64,000 nt of DNA from Gemmataceae bacterium (GTDB taxonomy: Bacteria > Planctomycetota > Planctomycetia > Gemmatales > HRBIN36): assembly GCA_040289265.1 (NCBI GenBank), contig PSKW01000005.1:15343-79342 (forward strand), in the 5' to 3' direction. A model generated the notes under the pieces. That model was given only the letters and a program-made list of their open reading frames with translations. It was not told the DNA's origin and did no database searches. How positions within the stretch are numbered: position 1 is the stretch's first letter; every line of letters starts with the position of its first letter. Below are positions 49,355-58,160 of the stretch, one piece after another. The position numbers and the translations under genes were made by a program.

Positions 49355-50695
49355 CTAGGTGAGCCGATCGAGCGCTCGGTCCACAGCAGCGACGGTAGCT
49401 TCCAGGTCGGCTTCGGTATGGGCTGCCATAGTCATGCCACGCAGGCCCATCAGGTCCACTCCGGCCAAGAGCATGGCACAGCGGAAGCGCTGGGCGACTT
49501 CTCCGCGTCCAGCGAACAACAGTTTTTGCCAGTCGCCGCCGTAGGGTACGGCGTCCGCATCGGCCAGCGGTGGCCCGTCATAGTCGGGCACGATGCAAAA
49601 GCGCGAATAGGAACCGTAGCAGATCCAGTTGACTTTGCGCCTCTGGAAAAGCTCGTTAAGCCGCTGCCGCAGAGCAGCACCCGCGCGATTGGCCTGTTCG
49701 CAGGCGTCGGTGGTCCTCACGATGCGCAAGGTGGCAGTGCCCGCTGCCGCCGACAGAGGATTGGCGTTGAAGGTCCCCGGGTGCTTCATCTTGTGCTTGC
49801 CGCGAGCGAACTCCAGCCCGGCGAGAATGTCGGCACGACCGATCACGGCACCGCCTGGCAAGCCACCGGCCACTATTTTGGCCAGGATGGTAAGATCGGG
49901 CTGCACTCGGTACAGTGCTTGCGCACCGCCTGGGTGGACGCGAAAGCCCGTGATCACCTCGTCGAAAATCAACAGCACCCCATAGCGCGTGGCCAGGTCC
50001 CGTAGACCTCGGGCAAAAGCGCCGTCCAAAGGACACACGCCGAAATGCCCTCCGGTGGGCTCGAGGATGATGGCGCCGATCGCCGGGTCTTGGCGCAAGG
50101 CAGCCTCGACGCGCTCCAGATCACCGGGGGGTATGACGACGGTATACTGGGCCAAATCGGGTACGACTCCGGCTGGCAAGCTGTCTTCGCCGTCGGCTCC
50201 CGGGACGACCCAATCGTTCCAGCCGTGAAAATGTCCTGCGAACTTGAGGATTTTGGGTTTGCCTGTGTACAGGCGCGCCAAGCGCAAGGCCATGAGCGAG
50301 GCTTCGGTTCCGGAGGAGACGAAGCGGATGCGCTCGGCGCTGGGCATAAGAGCGCGGACTTCTGCTGCCCAGGCGAGTTCGGCTTCGTGACAGCCACCCA
50401 AATGCGTGCCGCGCTCTACTTGTCTTTGCACCGCCGCCACCACGTCCGTCGGCCCATGCCCCAGCAACAAGGCTCCATGGCCGGCCCAATAATCTATCAG
50501 TTCCTTGCCTTCCACGGTCCATTTGCGCGAGCCGTGCGCATACGCGATATAGACGGGAAACGGCTGCAAGTAGCGCAGGTCGTGGGTCACTCCATCCGGG
50601 AAAAAAGACCGGGCTTGCTCGTACATCTGTGCCGAGCGAGAGAAAACGCGTGCGTATTCCTCGAGCAAAGGTCTATCCCAAGGCGGCTGCGTCAT
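49355..50695 (-). CDS. Class-III PLP aminotransferase, glutamate-1-semialdehyde aminomutase-like
   Basis: Inside ORF 49355..50998(-). The start at MTQPPWDRPLLEEY overlaps the rpe stop (ATGA). DEVITGFRVHPGGAQALYRVQPDLTILAKIVAGGLPGGAV contains the PLP lysine context of the HemL family. The canonical HemL N-terminal PGGVNSPVRAF reads PDGVTHDLRYL here, so this is a paralogue rather than clearly hemL. Confidence 0.8.
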   Translation of the reverse strand: MTQPPWDRPLLEEYARVFSRSAQMYEQARSFFPDGVTHDLRYLQPFPVYIAYAHGSRKWTVEGKELIDYWAGHGALLLGHGPTDVVAAVQRQVERGTHLGGCHEAELAWAAEVRALMPSAERIRFVSSGTEASLMALRLARLYTGKPKILKFAGHFHGWNDWVVPGADGEDSLPAGVVPDLAQYTVVIPPGDLERVEAALRQDPAIGAIILEPTGGHFGVCPLDGAFARGLRDLATRYGVLLIFDEVITGFRVHPGGAQALYRVQPDLTILAKIVAGGLPGGAVIGRADILAGLEFARGKHKMKHPGTFNANPLSAAAGTATLRIVRTTDACEQANRAGAALRQRLNELFQRRKVNWICYGSYSRFCIVPDYDGPPLADADAVPYGGDWQKLLFAGRGEVAQRFRCAMLLAGVDLMGLRGMTMAAHTEADLEATVAAVDRALDRLT

Positions 50696-51366
50696 GCTTG
50701 TTCTCCTCGGAGGGCGTGCCGCAACGCGGCCAAAGCTGCTGCGATACCCGCTGGAGTCCGAAAAACTGCCGAGGCGGCAACCAGCACATCCGCTCCGGCA
50801 GCCACCGCGCGTGGCCCTGTGTGGACGTTGATACCGCCGTCCACTTCCAGCTCGCCGTGCGGTCGGCAGCGATCCAATAAGGCACGTGCACGCGCGATCT
50901 TGGACAAGCAACTCTCGATAAAAGGCTGCCCACTGTACCCAGGGTTGACGGTCATCACAACCAGGAGATCGAGCTCGGCTGCAACTTCTTCGATACACGC
51001 CAGGGGGGTAGCCGGGTTGATGGCCACGCCGGGCTTTTTGCCTAGGGTGCGTATGGAGGCTAGGACGCGATGCAGATGGGCCGTGGCCTCGACGTGGACG
51101 ATGATCCAGTCCGCTCCGGCCTCGGCCATGGTCTCTAGATGCCGTTCCGGATGGGCGACCATGAGGTGTACTTCCAGAGGTAGGGCAGTGACCCGGCGCA
51201 CTGCTGCCACGATGTCCGCCCCGAAACTGATCGCCGGCACGAACGTTCCGTCCATCACGTCCAGGTGGAAACGGTCCGCTCCGGCGCGCTCGGCTTCAGC
51301 CAGCTCCTGTCCCAAGCGGGTGAAATCGGCAGCCAAAATCGAAGGCGACAGGCGTACTTGCTTCAT
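50692..51366 (-). CDS. rpe: Ribulose-phosphate 3-epimerase
   Basis: Inside ORF 50692..52002(-). Start at MKQVRLSPSILAADF. HLDVMDGTFVPAISFG, LEVHLMV, MTVNPGYSGQ, EVDGGI. Confidence 0.92.
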   Translation of the reverse strand: MKQVRLSPSILAADFTRLGQELAEAERAGADRFHLDVMDGTFVPAISFGADIVAAVRRVTALPLEVHLMVAHPERHLETMAEAGADWIIVHVEATAHLHRVLASIRTLGKKPGVAINPATPLACIEEVAAELDLLVVMTVNPGYSGQPFIESCLSKIARARALLDRCRPHGELEVDGGINVHTGPRAVAAGADVLVAASAVFRTPAGIAAALAALRHALRGEQA

Positions 51367-52373
51367 AGGGTAGTTCCTTGGGATGGGCTCGAGGGATGGT
51401 CCGCATGTTCTTTGTGGCCGCCGAATGCTTGACGCAAAGCCGCCAGAAGTTTCTCGGCAAAGGATGCCATCATGCGCGAGCGGAAGCGGCGAAAGAGAGC
51501 GGCAGCGACCGTCTCGGCGGGCACGGCCAAATGCAGCGCCGTTTCCACATGCCACCGTCCCTCTCCCGAATCGTGGACCAGACCGCGGTAGCCGGTCAAG
51601 TGTTCGTCCTGATCCAACGCGTCGGCGATCAAGTCGAGCAGCCACGACGATACCACGCTTCCCCGACGCCACAACTCCGCGATATCGGCCAGGGGCAGAG
51701 GATAGCGCCACGGCACCCCAGTGTCCTCCTGGCCGGCGCGATGCAGTAGCTCGAAGCCTTCGGCATAGGCTTGCATCAGTCCGTACTCGATGCCATTGTG
51801 GACCATTTTGACGAAGTGGCCCGCGCCCGCAGGCCCGCAGTACAGGTAGCCCATTTCTGCCGGCGTGACAGGGCCGGTGCGCGTACGACGCCGCGGGGCC
51901 GCGTCCACCCCAGGCGCCAGATCGCGCAGAATAGGCTCCAGATACTCTATGGCTTCGCGCTCGCCTCCTACCATGAGGCAATAGCCGCGCTCCAGGCCCC
52001 ACACGCCCCCGCTTACTCCGACGTCTACGTAGTCAATGCCGTGCTGCCGCAGCCATTGGGCACGGCGTCGGTCTTCCAAAAAATGGCCATTGCTGCCGTC
52101 TATCACCAGGTCGCGCGCAGTTAACAAGGGGGCGAGTTGCTGCAAGGCATCTTCGGTGACGCTGCCGGCGGGCAACATCAGCCAGATAGCCCGACGCTGG
52201 GGCACCTGGTGCACCAATTCCTGGAGCGAGCCGGCAGCCACAGCGCCGGCACGGGCCAAGGCCTGGCGGGCAGCTTCGTCGCGGTCGTAGACCACGCACC
52301 GATGCCCGGCCCGCAACAGTCGTCGCACCATGTTGCCGCCCATGCGTCCCAGTCCCACCATGCCGATATCCAT
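51363..52373 (-). CDS. gnd: 6-phosphogluconate dehydrogenase, decarboxylating (short Gnd/YqeC-type)
   Basis: MDIGMVGLGRMGGNMVRRL Rossmann motif, DVGVSGGVWGLERGYCLMVGG, and VKMVHNGIEYGLMQAYAEG. The stop overlaps the rpe start (ATGA). Confidence 0.88.
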   Translation of the reverse strand: MDIGMVGLGRMGGNMVRRLLRAGHRCVVYDRDEAARQALARAGAVAAGSLQELVHQVPQRRAIWLMLPAGSVTEDALQQLAPLLTARDLVIDGSNGHFLEDRRRAQWLRQHGIDYVDVGVSGGVWGLERGYCLMVGGEREAIEYLEPILRDLAPGVDAAPRRRTRTGPVTPAEMGYLYCGPAGAGHFVKMVHNGIEYGLMQAYAEGFELLHRAGQEDTGVPWRYPLPLADIAELWRRGSVVSSWLLDLIADALDQDEHLTGYRGLVHDSGEGRWHVETALHLAVPAETVAAALFRRFRSRMMASFAEKLLAALRQAFGGHKEHADHPSSPSQGTTL

Positions 52374-52451
52374 CCTACACCTCCACGTCGGCGCCCGGTC
52401 AGCCGGTCGCCTACCATAGCGTTCGGCTGTGCTGTCGAGGCGTCCCAGCGA

Positions 52452-53159
52452 TCATTTCTGCGGACGCCGTAATTCTACCAGCCCGTCGGTGCCGGCTAAG
52501 ACGATCAGATGCGCCATGCCGATGAATAACCCGGTCGTTACCACGCCGGGTATCGCATGCAGAGTCTGCTCCAGTTCCCGCGGCGACAGGATCGGGCCTA
52601 CGTGGCAATCGAGCAGATAATTCCCATTGTCGGTGGTGAAGGGCCGATCGTCGGCGAGACGCAAACTGGCCGTTATACCCAGGGCTTCCAGGCGACGGCA
52701 GACGAAACGCGCCGCGAACGGTACCACCTCGATGGGCAACAGCCCGCGACTTCCCAAAAGGGGAGAAAGCTTGTAAGCCTGGGCGAGTATGACCACCTGG
52801 CGCGAGGCCGCGGCGACCACTTTTTCGCGCAGCAGTGCTCCACCGCGGCCTTTGATGATGTCCAGACTCGGGGCTACCTCGTCGGCGCCGTCAACGGTTA
52901 TGTCCACTTCGGCAACGTCGTCCAAACTGGTCAGCGGAATGCCTTCTTGTTGGGCCAGGGCGCGCGTGTGCTCGGAGGTCGGGATACCGCGGATAGCGAG
53001 TCCGGCGCGTATCCTTTGCCCCAGCCGGCGCACGAAGGCAGCGCTGGTGCGGCCGGACCCTAGGCCGACTACCTGGCCCGGCACGAGTAGCGCCACGGCA
53101 TAATCGGCTAGCCGCTCCAGCGAGTCGGCAGCGCCTGGTTCGATCGGTTCCTTGTGCAC
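52452..53159 (-). CDS. rpiA: Ribose-5-phosphate isomerase A
   Basis: GTG start (complement of 53157-53159). VVGLGSGRTS, TVDGADEV, IKGRGGALLREKV and TDNGNYLLD are RpiA motifs. Confidence 0.9.
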   Translation of the reverse strand: MHKEPIEPGAADSLERLADYAVALLVPGQVVGLGSGRTSAAFVRRLGQRIRAGLAIRGIPTSEHTRALAQQEGIPLTSLDDVAEVDITVDGADEVAPSLDIIKGRGGALLREKVVAAASRQVVILAQAYKLSPLLGSRGLLPIEVVPFAARFVCRRLEALGITASLRLADDRPFTTDNGNYLLDCHVGPILSPRELEQTLHAIPGVVTTGLFIGMAHLIVLAGTDGLVELRRPQK

Positions 53160-53367
53160 GGAATGCGCTCCTCGGGTGCTCTTCTCGTTATTTATCTAGC
53201 GTCTTATCATTTTCCACATAGAGTAGGGCGAGGCATCCGGCCGGGGTGGACGTACCCTGGGAGCCGAGCCACATTGTGCATAGAGATCCGCACAGGATCG
53301 GATGGACCGAAAACAGAGTCCGGTGGCACCTCGCGCTGCCGGCGGTTCGCACACGGAGGCAAAAGCC

Positions 53368-55383
53368 ATGGCGGGCAACACGCACTCGTCGCTCTCTGCA
53401 CGCGCTCAGAGCACCGAGCGGGACATGAAGCGGTATCATCGCTGGCGCATCCTGGTGGAGGATATCGAGCCTGCGGTACAAGGGGGCCGCTTCCCGATCA
53501 AACGCGAAGTCGGCGACATACTCGAAGTACACGCGACCATCGTCCACGAGGGACACGATGTGTGGGCTGCCGACTTGCTGTTCCGTCCCCGGGGTCAGCA
53601 GGAATGGTTCCGTGTGCCCATGCGCTCAATCAATCCCGGGCTGGACCGCTGGTCTGCCAGCTTTCCACTCGAAGAGGTGACGACCTACTATTACACGTTC
53701 GAGGCCTGGCCCGATCGTTATGCTACGTGGTTGGAAAAGGTCCGGGCGCGGCATGGCGCCGGGGAAGATGTGGGTGCCGATTGGGCCGAAGGGCAGCGGC
53801 TGGTCTCGCGCCTCCTACGCAGGGCGCGCAGTCTCAAGGAAAAGGAAGTCTTGCGCCAGGTGGCGCGGCTGCTGCAGCGGGTCGAGGACGTGGAGCGAAC
53901 GCTGGCGGAACTCGGCAACGAGACCGTCCTGCTGGCAGCCCGGCGGTGCGCCGACAAGGCCGAGGTGTATCGCCACGAGCCGGCATTGGCCGTGGTGGTA
54001 GACCGTGTCCAGGCGCGTTTCGCCACTTGGTACGAACTGTTTCCGCGCTCACAGACCCCGGACCCGGCCCGTAGCGGCACGTTCCTGGATGTCATCGCCC
54101 GGCTGGACGATTTGCGCGACTTGGGTTTCGACGTAATTTATTTGCCCCCCATCCATCCTATCGGCCGCACGCATCGCAAAGGCAAAAACGGCACTCTCGT
54201 CGCCGGCCCGGACGATCCCGGTTCTCCCTGGGCCATCGGGAACGAGTCCGGCGGTCATTACAGTATCGAGCCATCGCTGGGCACACTGGAAGATTTCCGC
54301 CGCTTGGTGCAGGAAGCGCGGCAGCGCGGCATGGAAATCGCCCTCGATTTCGCCATCCAGTGTTCGCCCGACCACCCGTACGTGCGCCAGCATCCCGAGT
54401 GGTTTTATCGGTATCCCGACGGATCCATCCGCTACGCGGAGAATCCGCCCAAGAAGTATCACGATATTTATCCGCTCGATTTCGAGACCGCCGATTGGCC
54501 GGCGCTGTGGCGCGAGATGCAAGCGATCCTCGAATATTGGATCGCACAAGGCGTCGAGGTGTTCCGCGTGGACAACCCGCATACCAAGCCGCTCGGTTTC
54601 TGGGCATGGCTCATCGAGAGTATCAAACAGAAGTATCCGCGGGTGATTTTTCTGGCCGAGGCCTTCACCCGCCCGGCTGTGATGAAAGCGTTGGCCAAGG
54701 TCGGCTTCACTCAATCGTACACCTACTTCACTTGGCGCAACACACGTCAGGAGCTGGAAAGCTATTTCCGAGAACTCATGGAAACGGACATGGTCGAGTA
54801 TTTCCGCGGGCACCTGTTCGCGAACACGCCGGATATTTTGCCCGTTTATCTCCAGAAAGGCGGGCGCCCGGCTTTCAAAATCCGCTACATCTTGGCAGGC
54901 ACGCTTTCGTCCCTGTGCGGCATCTACAGCGGGTACGAGCTATGCGAAAACGTGCCCCTGCGCGAAGGTAGCGAGGAATATCTGGACTCGGAAAAGTATC
55001 AAATTCGTGTTCGCGATTGGCAAAAACCTGGCCATATCCGCGATTTTATTCGCGCCGTCAATCGTGCCCGCAAACAGCATCCCGCGTTGCAGTTGTATCG
55101 CAATCTGCGCTTCCATGACAGTACCGACGAGCACATCCTATGCTACAGCAAAGCTACGCCTGATTTCCGCGATGCGGTGATCGTGGTGGTCAATCTCGAT
55201 CCGCATCGGGTCCACGATGGCGTAGTGCGGCTGCACCTGGAACACCTGGGCTTGGCACCGCAGCAAACTTATCGAGTGCACGACGAGCTGACCGGCCAGA
55301 CCTGGACCTGGCGCGGTGCAGAGAATTATGTGCGCCTGGATCCGCAGCAGGAGCCGGCACACCTGCTAGTCGTGCAGCGTTGA
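53368..55383 (+). CDS. glgE: Alpha-1,4-glucan:maltose-1-phosphate maltosyltransferase
   Basis: Inside ORF 53302..55383. ATG 53368 has GGAGG 9 nt upstream. The GlgE N-terminal pattern RILVEDIEPAVQGGRFPIKREVGDILEVHATIVHEGHD, then GH13 regions DVIYLPPIHPIG, FRVDNPHTKP, IFLAEAFT. Confidence 0.88.
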   Translation: MAGNTHSSLSARAQSTERDMKRYHRWRILVEDIEPAVQGGRFPIKREVGDILEVHATIVHEGHDVWAADLLFRPRGQQEWFRVPMRSINPGLDRWSASFPLEEVTTYYYTFEAWPDRYATWLEKVRARHGAGEDVGADWAEGQRLVSRLLRRARSLKEKEVLRQVARLLQRVEDVERTLAELGNETVLLAARRCADKAEVYRHEPALAVVVDRVQARFATWYELFPRSQTPDPARSGTFLDVIARLDDLRDLGFDVIYLPPIHPIGRTHRKGKNGTLVAGPDDPGSPWAIGNESGGHYSIEPSLGTLEDFRRLVQEARQRGMEIALDFAIQCSPDHPYVRQHPEWFYRYPDGSIRYAENPPKKYHDIYPLDFETADWPALWREMQAILEYWIAQGVEVFRVDNPHTKPLGFWAWLIESIKQKYPRVIFLAEAFTRPAVMKALAKVGFTQSYTYFTWRNTRQELESYFRELMETDMVEYFRGHLFANTPDILPVYLQKGGRPAFKIRYILAGTLSSLCGIYSGYELCENVPLREGSEEYLDSEKYQIRVRDWQKPGHIRDFIRAVNRARKQHPALQLYRNLRFHDSTDEHILCYSKATPDFRDAVIVVVNLDPHRVHDGVVRLHLEHLGLAPQQTYRVHDELTGQTWTWRGAENYVRLDPQQEPAHLLVVQR

Positions 55384-55396
55384 CGGGCAGTGTGCA

Positions 55397-57094
55397 CTAG
55401 GGGGCGGCAAAATCCTGGGCGAAGGCGCGACTGGTAAGTTCCTCGCCGGTGGCGAAGCGCGTCAACTCGTTCCACGACAGAGTCCGGCCTGGCCCGAAAA
55501 CGCGTTGCTTCATAAAAGCGCCTACCTCGGGATGGCCTACATAGATCGCTTTGTCCGGCGTGGTTTTGAGGACCTGCCGGGCAATAGTATGGTGCAGTTG
55601 AGAAGCGAACATTTCGCCCATCATATAGTTGTGGTAATAAGCGGGGGCGCTGACGATATGGATTTTGCTGGCATAATCGGGGGCATGGCGTCCTTCCGGT
55701 CGCCGGACCGATTGATAGCGTTCGACCAGATCCCACCACAGCTTGTTCAAGTCCTGGTCCGGATTTTCGTACATGGCTTTTTCGAAGCGTAGCATCACTT
55801 GGCACCAGCGAGAAAAGATCAACAGTTGGCTGCGACGCAGCTGGCGTCCGGTACGGTTGAAGGCAACCGGGTCGGGCACGGTCACGCCCATGGCTTGGAG
55901 CCAGTCGGCACTTTTGGAGAATTTCTCGAACATCATGGCCACCCCCTCGGTGGTCAAGGTGTGCGCTTCGGTGCGCAATACATACGGCACCGAGGCGGGA
56001 ATATTTTTGCTGGAATACACAGCGTGGCCCAGCTCGTGGAGCATTGTGGCCATCCAATATTCGTTGGGGACGATATTGGCCAAGACGCGCACGTCGCCTT
56101 GGCGATCTATGTCGGTACAGAAAGCGTGCGGGCTCTTGCCGGGCTTTTCGTACAGGTCGCTGCGCGCCAGGACGTCGTCAATGGGTAGGCCGATGCCCGC
56201 GTAGAAGTCGCGGCACAGTTTCAGGATATCCACTTTGGCATAGACGGCGTCCAAGTCGGCCTCGTAGACCGCCGGCGCTTCCTGGAAGAAGGGGTCGTGA
56301 TAATGCCAGGGGCGCAGATCGTGCGGTTGGATACCGTAGTGTTTGGCGAGCGTGGCGTCCAGCTCGTGCTTGAGCGCCGCGAACGGCTCGCGCGTGAGCC
56401 GATCGAGCTCGTCGAACAGGGCCAAAATCGCCTGCTGGTCTTGTTCCGCCAAAAACAGTTGCATGACGTGATAATCGCGGAAACCGAGCTTGCGGGCTGC
56501 CAAATTGCGCAAACGGACCAGTTCCAGCAGGTCCTTGGCCACGATGGCGCCCACGGCTTTGCTGGCTTCCCAGACCTGCCGCCGCCTTTGGCCATCGCGC
56601 GATTGTTTGAGCACGCGCCGCACTTCGCTATCGGTCATCTCTTTGCCGTCTACTTTGGCGCGATACACATTGAAGGCTTTCTCGATGGCATTGGCTTTGG
56701 CAGTGATTTGCCGCAAGAGGTCGGGTTCGACTTGCTTTTCCAGGTATTGCACATACAGGACTTCGATCTGGCGGCGCAGGAGGGGATCGGCCAGTTTGGC
56801 GTCGTGCAGTGCCTTCAGCTCGGCGAACCGCTCGCGGTCGGACAAAGCCGCGTCCAGCTTGTTTTGTGCCTCTTCTTTGCGTTTGAAATCCTCGTCTTTG
56901 CCGGAAACATTGGCGTCCCACCAGGCAAGTGCCACGGCCTTTTCCAGAGGGGCAACTTGGGCTTCGTGACGGGCGATAAAAGCACGGGCCCGCGCTGCCA
57001 TATCGTTTTGTGGCGCTCGTTCCAGCGTAGCCATCACCCCTCCGCAAACGCTCCCCAAGACGAGGAGTGCCATACCTAAACGCAGGCGCATCAT
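55397..57094 (-). CDS. Secreted M2-family (angiotensin-converting-enzyme-like) zinc peptidyl-dipeptidase
   Basis: Signal peptide MMRLRLGMALLVLGSVCGG. The N-terminal helix pattern ARAFIARHEAQVAPLEKAVALAWWDANVSGKDEDF parallels the ACE/ACE2 N-terminus. Zinc site MLHELGHAVY with a downstream glutamate (TTEGVAMM). Confidence 0.7.
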   Translation of the reverse strand: MMRLRLGMALLVLGSVCGGVMATLERAPQNDMAARARAFIARHEAQVAPLEKAVALAWWDANVSGKDEDFKRKEEAQNKLDAALSDRERFAELKALHDAKLADPLLRRQIEVLYVQYLEKQVEPDLLRQITAKANAIEKAFNVYRAKVDGKEMTDSEVRRVLKQSRDGQRRRQVWEASKAVGAIVAKDLLELVRLRNLAARKLGFRDYHVMQLFLAEQDQQAILALFDELDRLTREPFAALKHELDATLAKHYGIQPHDLRPWHYHDPFFQEAPAVYEADLDAVYAKVDILKLCRDFYAGIGLPIDDVLARSDLYEKPGKSPHAFCTDIDRQGDVRVLANIVPNEYWMATMLHELGHAVYSSKNIPASVPYVLRTEAHTLTTEGVAMMFEKFSKSADWLQAMGVTVPDPVAFNRTGRQLRRSQLLIFSRWCQVMLRFEKAMYENPDQDLNKLWWDLVERYQSVRRPEGRHAPDYASKIHIVSAPAYYHNYMMGEMFASQLHHTIARQVLKTTPDKAIYVGHPEVGAFMKQRVFGPGRTLSWNELTRFATGEELTSRAFAQDFAAP

Positions 57095-57179
57095 AACGCG
57101 CTCCCTTCACTGTCCGACCGGGGGCAGGCCGCTGCCCCGGTGTGGTCTCGTTGCAATTTTTCGGCAGCTTGTGGGGCCA

Positions 57180-57839
57180 TCAGGGCAGTAGTTTGATGGC
57201 GATATCGCGGAAGTGGATCTCGGCACCTTCGGACTGCCAGCCGATCGGCCCTTCGCGCACGGGAGCGGTGCCGTGGCCTATGACCGTGCCGTTGAGTTTG
57301 CTGGTCAGATGGCCGTTGTCGCTGATGATTTCGATAGTGTTCCACTCGCCCAGGGGTTTGCGCACCCGCTTGCGCGCTTGCGCGTCGTTGGTGTATTTGC
57401 CGCCCTTGAGGCCGCCGATATCGAAGATATTGCACATGTCTCTGTTGAGCCCCTGCACTTCCACACAGGTAGGCCACACCTTGTGTTCCCCCTGGATATG
57501 GACCAGGTAGCCGCTGTTGAGCTGTACGCTTTCCGGGTTTTCTTTGGTCGGTGCGAAACGGGCTTGAAAGCGCAGGTGGTAGTTGCGATAGCTCTTGAGC
57601 GTGTAGAAATAGCCGTTGGGCTTGCCCGAGCAGACGATGGTGCCGTTTTCGATGCGCCAGGTGTCCACTGTGCTGAAGTCGGTGCCTTTGCGCCCGTCGG
57701 CGAGGATATAGCCGAAGCCGGTAAAGTCTTTGCCGTTGAACAAAGGCGTGAAGCCATCGTCTGCTGCCTTGGTAACGCACCAAAACACCGTCATGCTCAG
57801 GCCTACGAGCGCGAGACTGACTCCAAGCCGTGTACGCAT
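57180..57839 (-). CDS. DUF1080 (3-keto-disaccharide hydrolase-like, concanavalin-type) secreted protein
   Basis: Inside ORF 57180..58112(-). The start at MRTRLGVSLALVGLSMTVF follows AGGAAGGAG. FTPLFNGKDFTGF, WRIENGTIVC and the C-terminal PIGWQSEGAEIHFRDIAIK are DUF1080 hallmarks. Confidence 0.8.
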   Translation of the reverse strand: MRTRLGVSLALVGLSMTVFWCVTKAADDGFTPLFNGKDFTGFGYILADGRKGTDFSTVDTWRIENGTIVCSGKPNGYFYTLKSYRNYHLRFQARFAPTKENPESVQLNSGYLVHIQGEHKVWPTCVEVQGLNRDMCNIFDIGGLKGGKYTNDAQARKRVRKPLGEWNTIEIISDNGHLTSKLNGTVIGHGTAPVREGPIGWQSEGAEIHFRDIAIKLLP

Positions 57840-57913
57840 CGTTGCATCTCCTTCCTCACCCATGTCGCCGGTCGCTTCCGTCGGGCCACGCCTTAGGCCC
57901 TGGGGCTGACTAC

Positions 57914-57934
57914 GACGTGGCTCCTGGCCACGTC
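57914..57934. promoter_or_regulatory. Perfect 8-bp inverted repeat GACGTGGC-TCCTG-GCCACGTC in a divergent intergenic region
   Basis: Read directly: 57914-57921 is the reverse complement of 57927-57934. It lies 75-95 nt upstream of the DUF1080 gene start and about 230 nt upstream of nhaA. Its function (operator or RNA hairpin) is unknown. Confidence 0.25.
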
Positions 57935-58160
57935 TGTTATCTGCGATTGTACTGAGCCAAGCTGCGGCGCGCAATGTATTCGTTGTACGATTCTGGCGGC
58001 TCTTTTTGCCCACGGCGCCCTTCGCTGTTCCCAAACTCGGTTGCCCATTTGCTGTGAACTGTTTTAAATAGCAAGCGACCGATCGGCGGCCCTTGCGGGA
58101 GCGGTAGGCCACCCGCGTGGAGACAAGGTGGGTGCGGTCAGGAGGCAGGGAGATGAAAGC

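Noticed and set aside
53326-53341. TGGCACCTCGCGCTGC upstream of glgE considered as a sigma54 -24/-12 promoter. This matters because of the bEBP-like gene in the window.
   Set aside because: The -12 element does not match TTGC(A/T) at the required spacing: it reads GCTG after N5 or CTGC after N6. Other TGGCAC occurrences I checked (7587, 27876, 29345, 46563, 55253) also lack a proper -12 element or lie inside genes.
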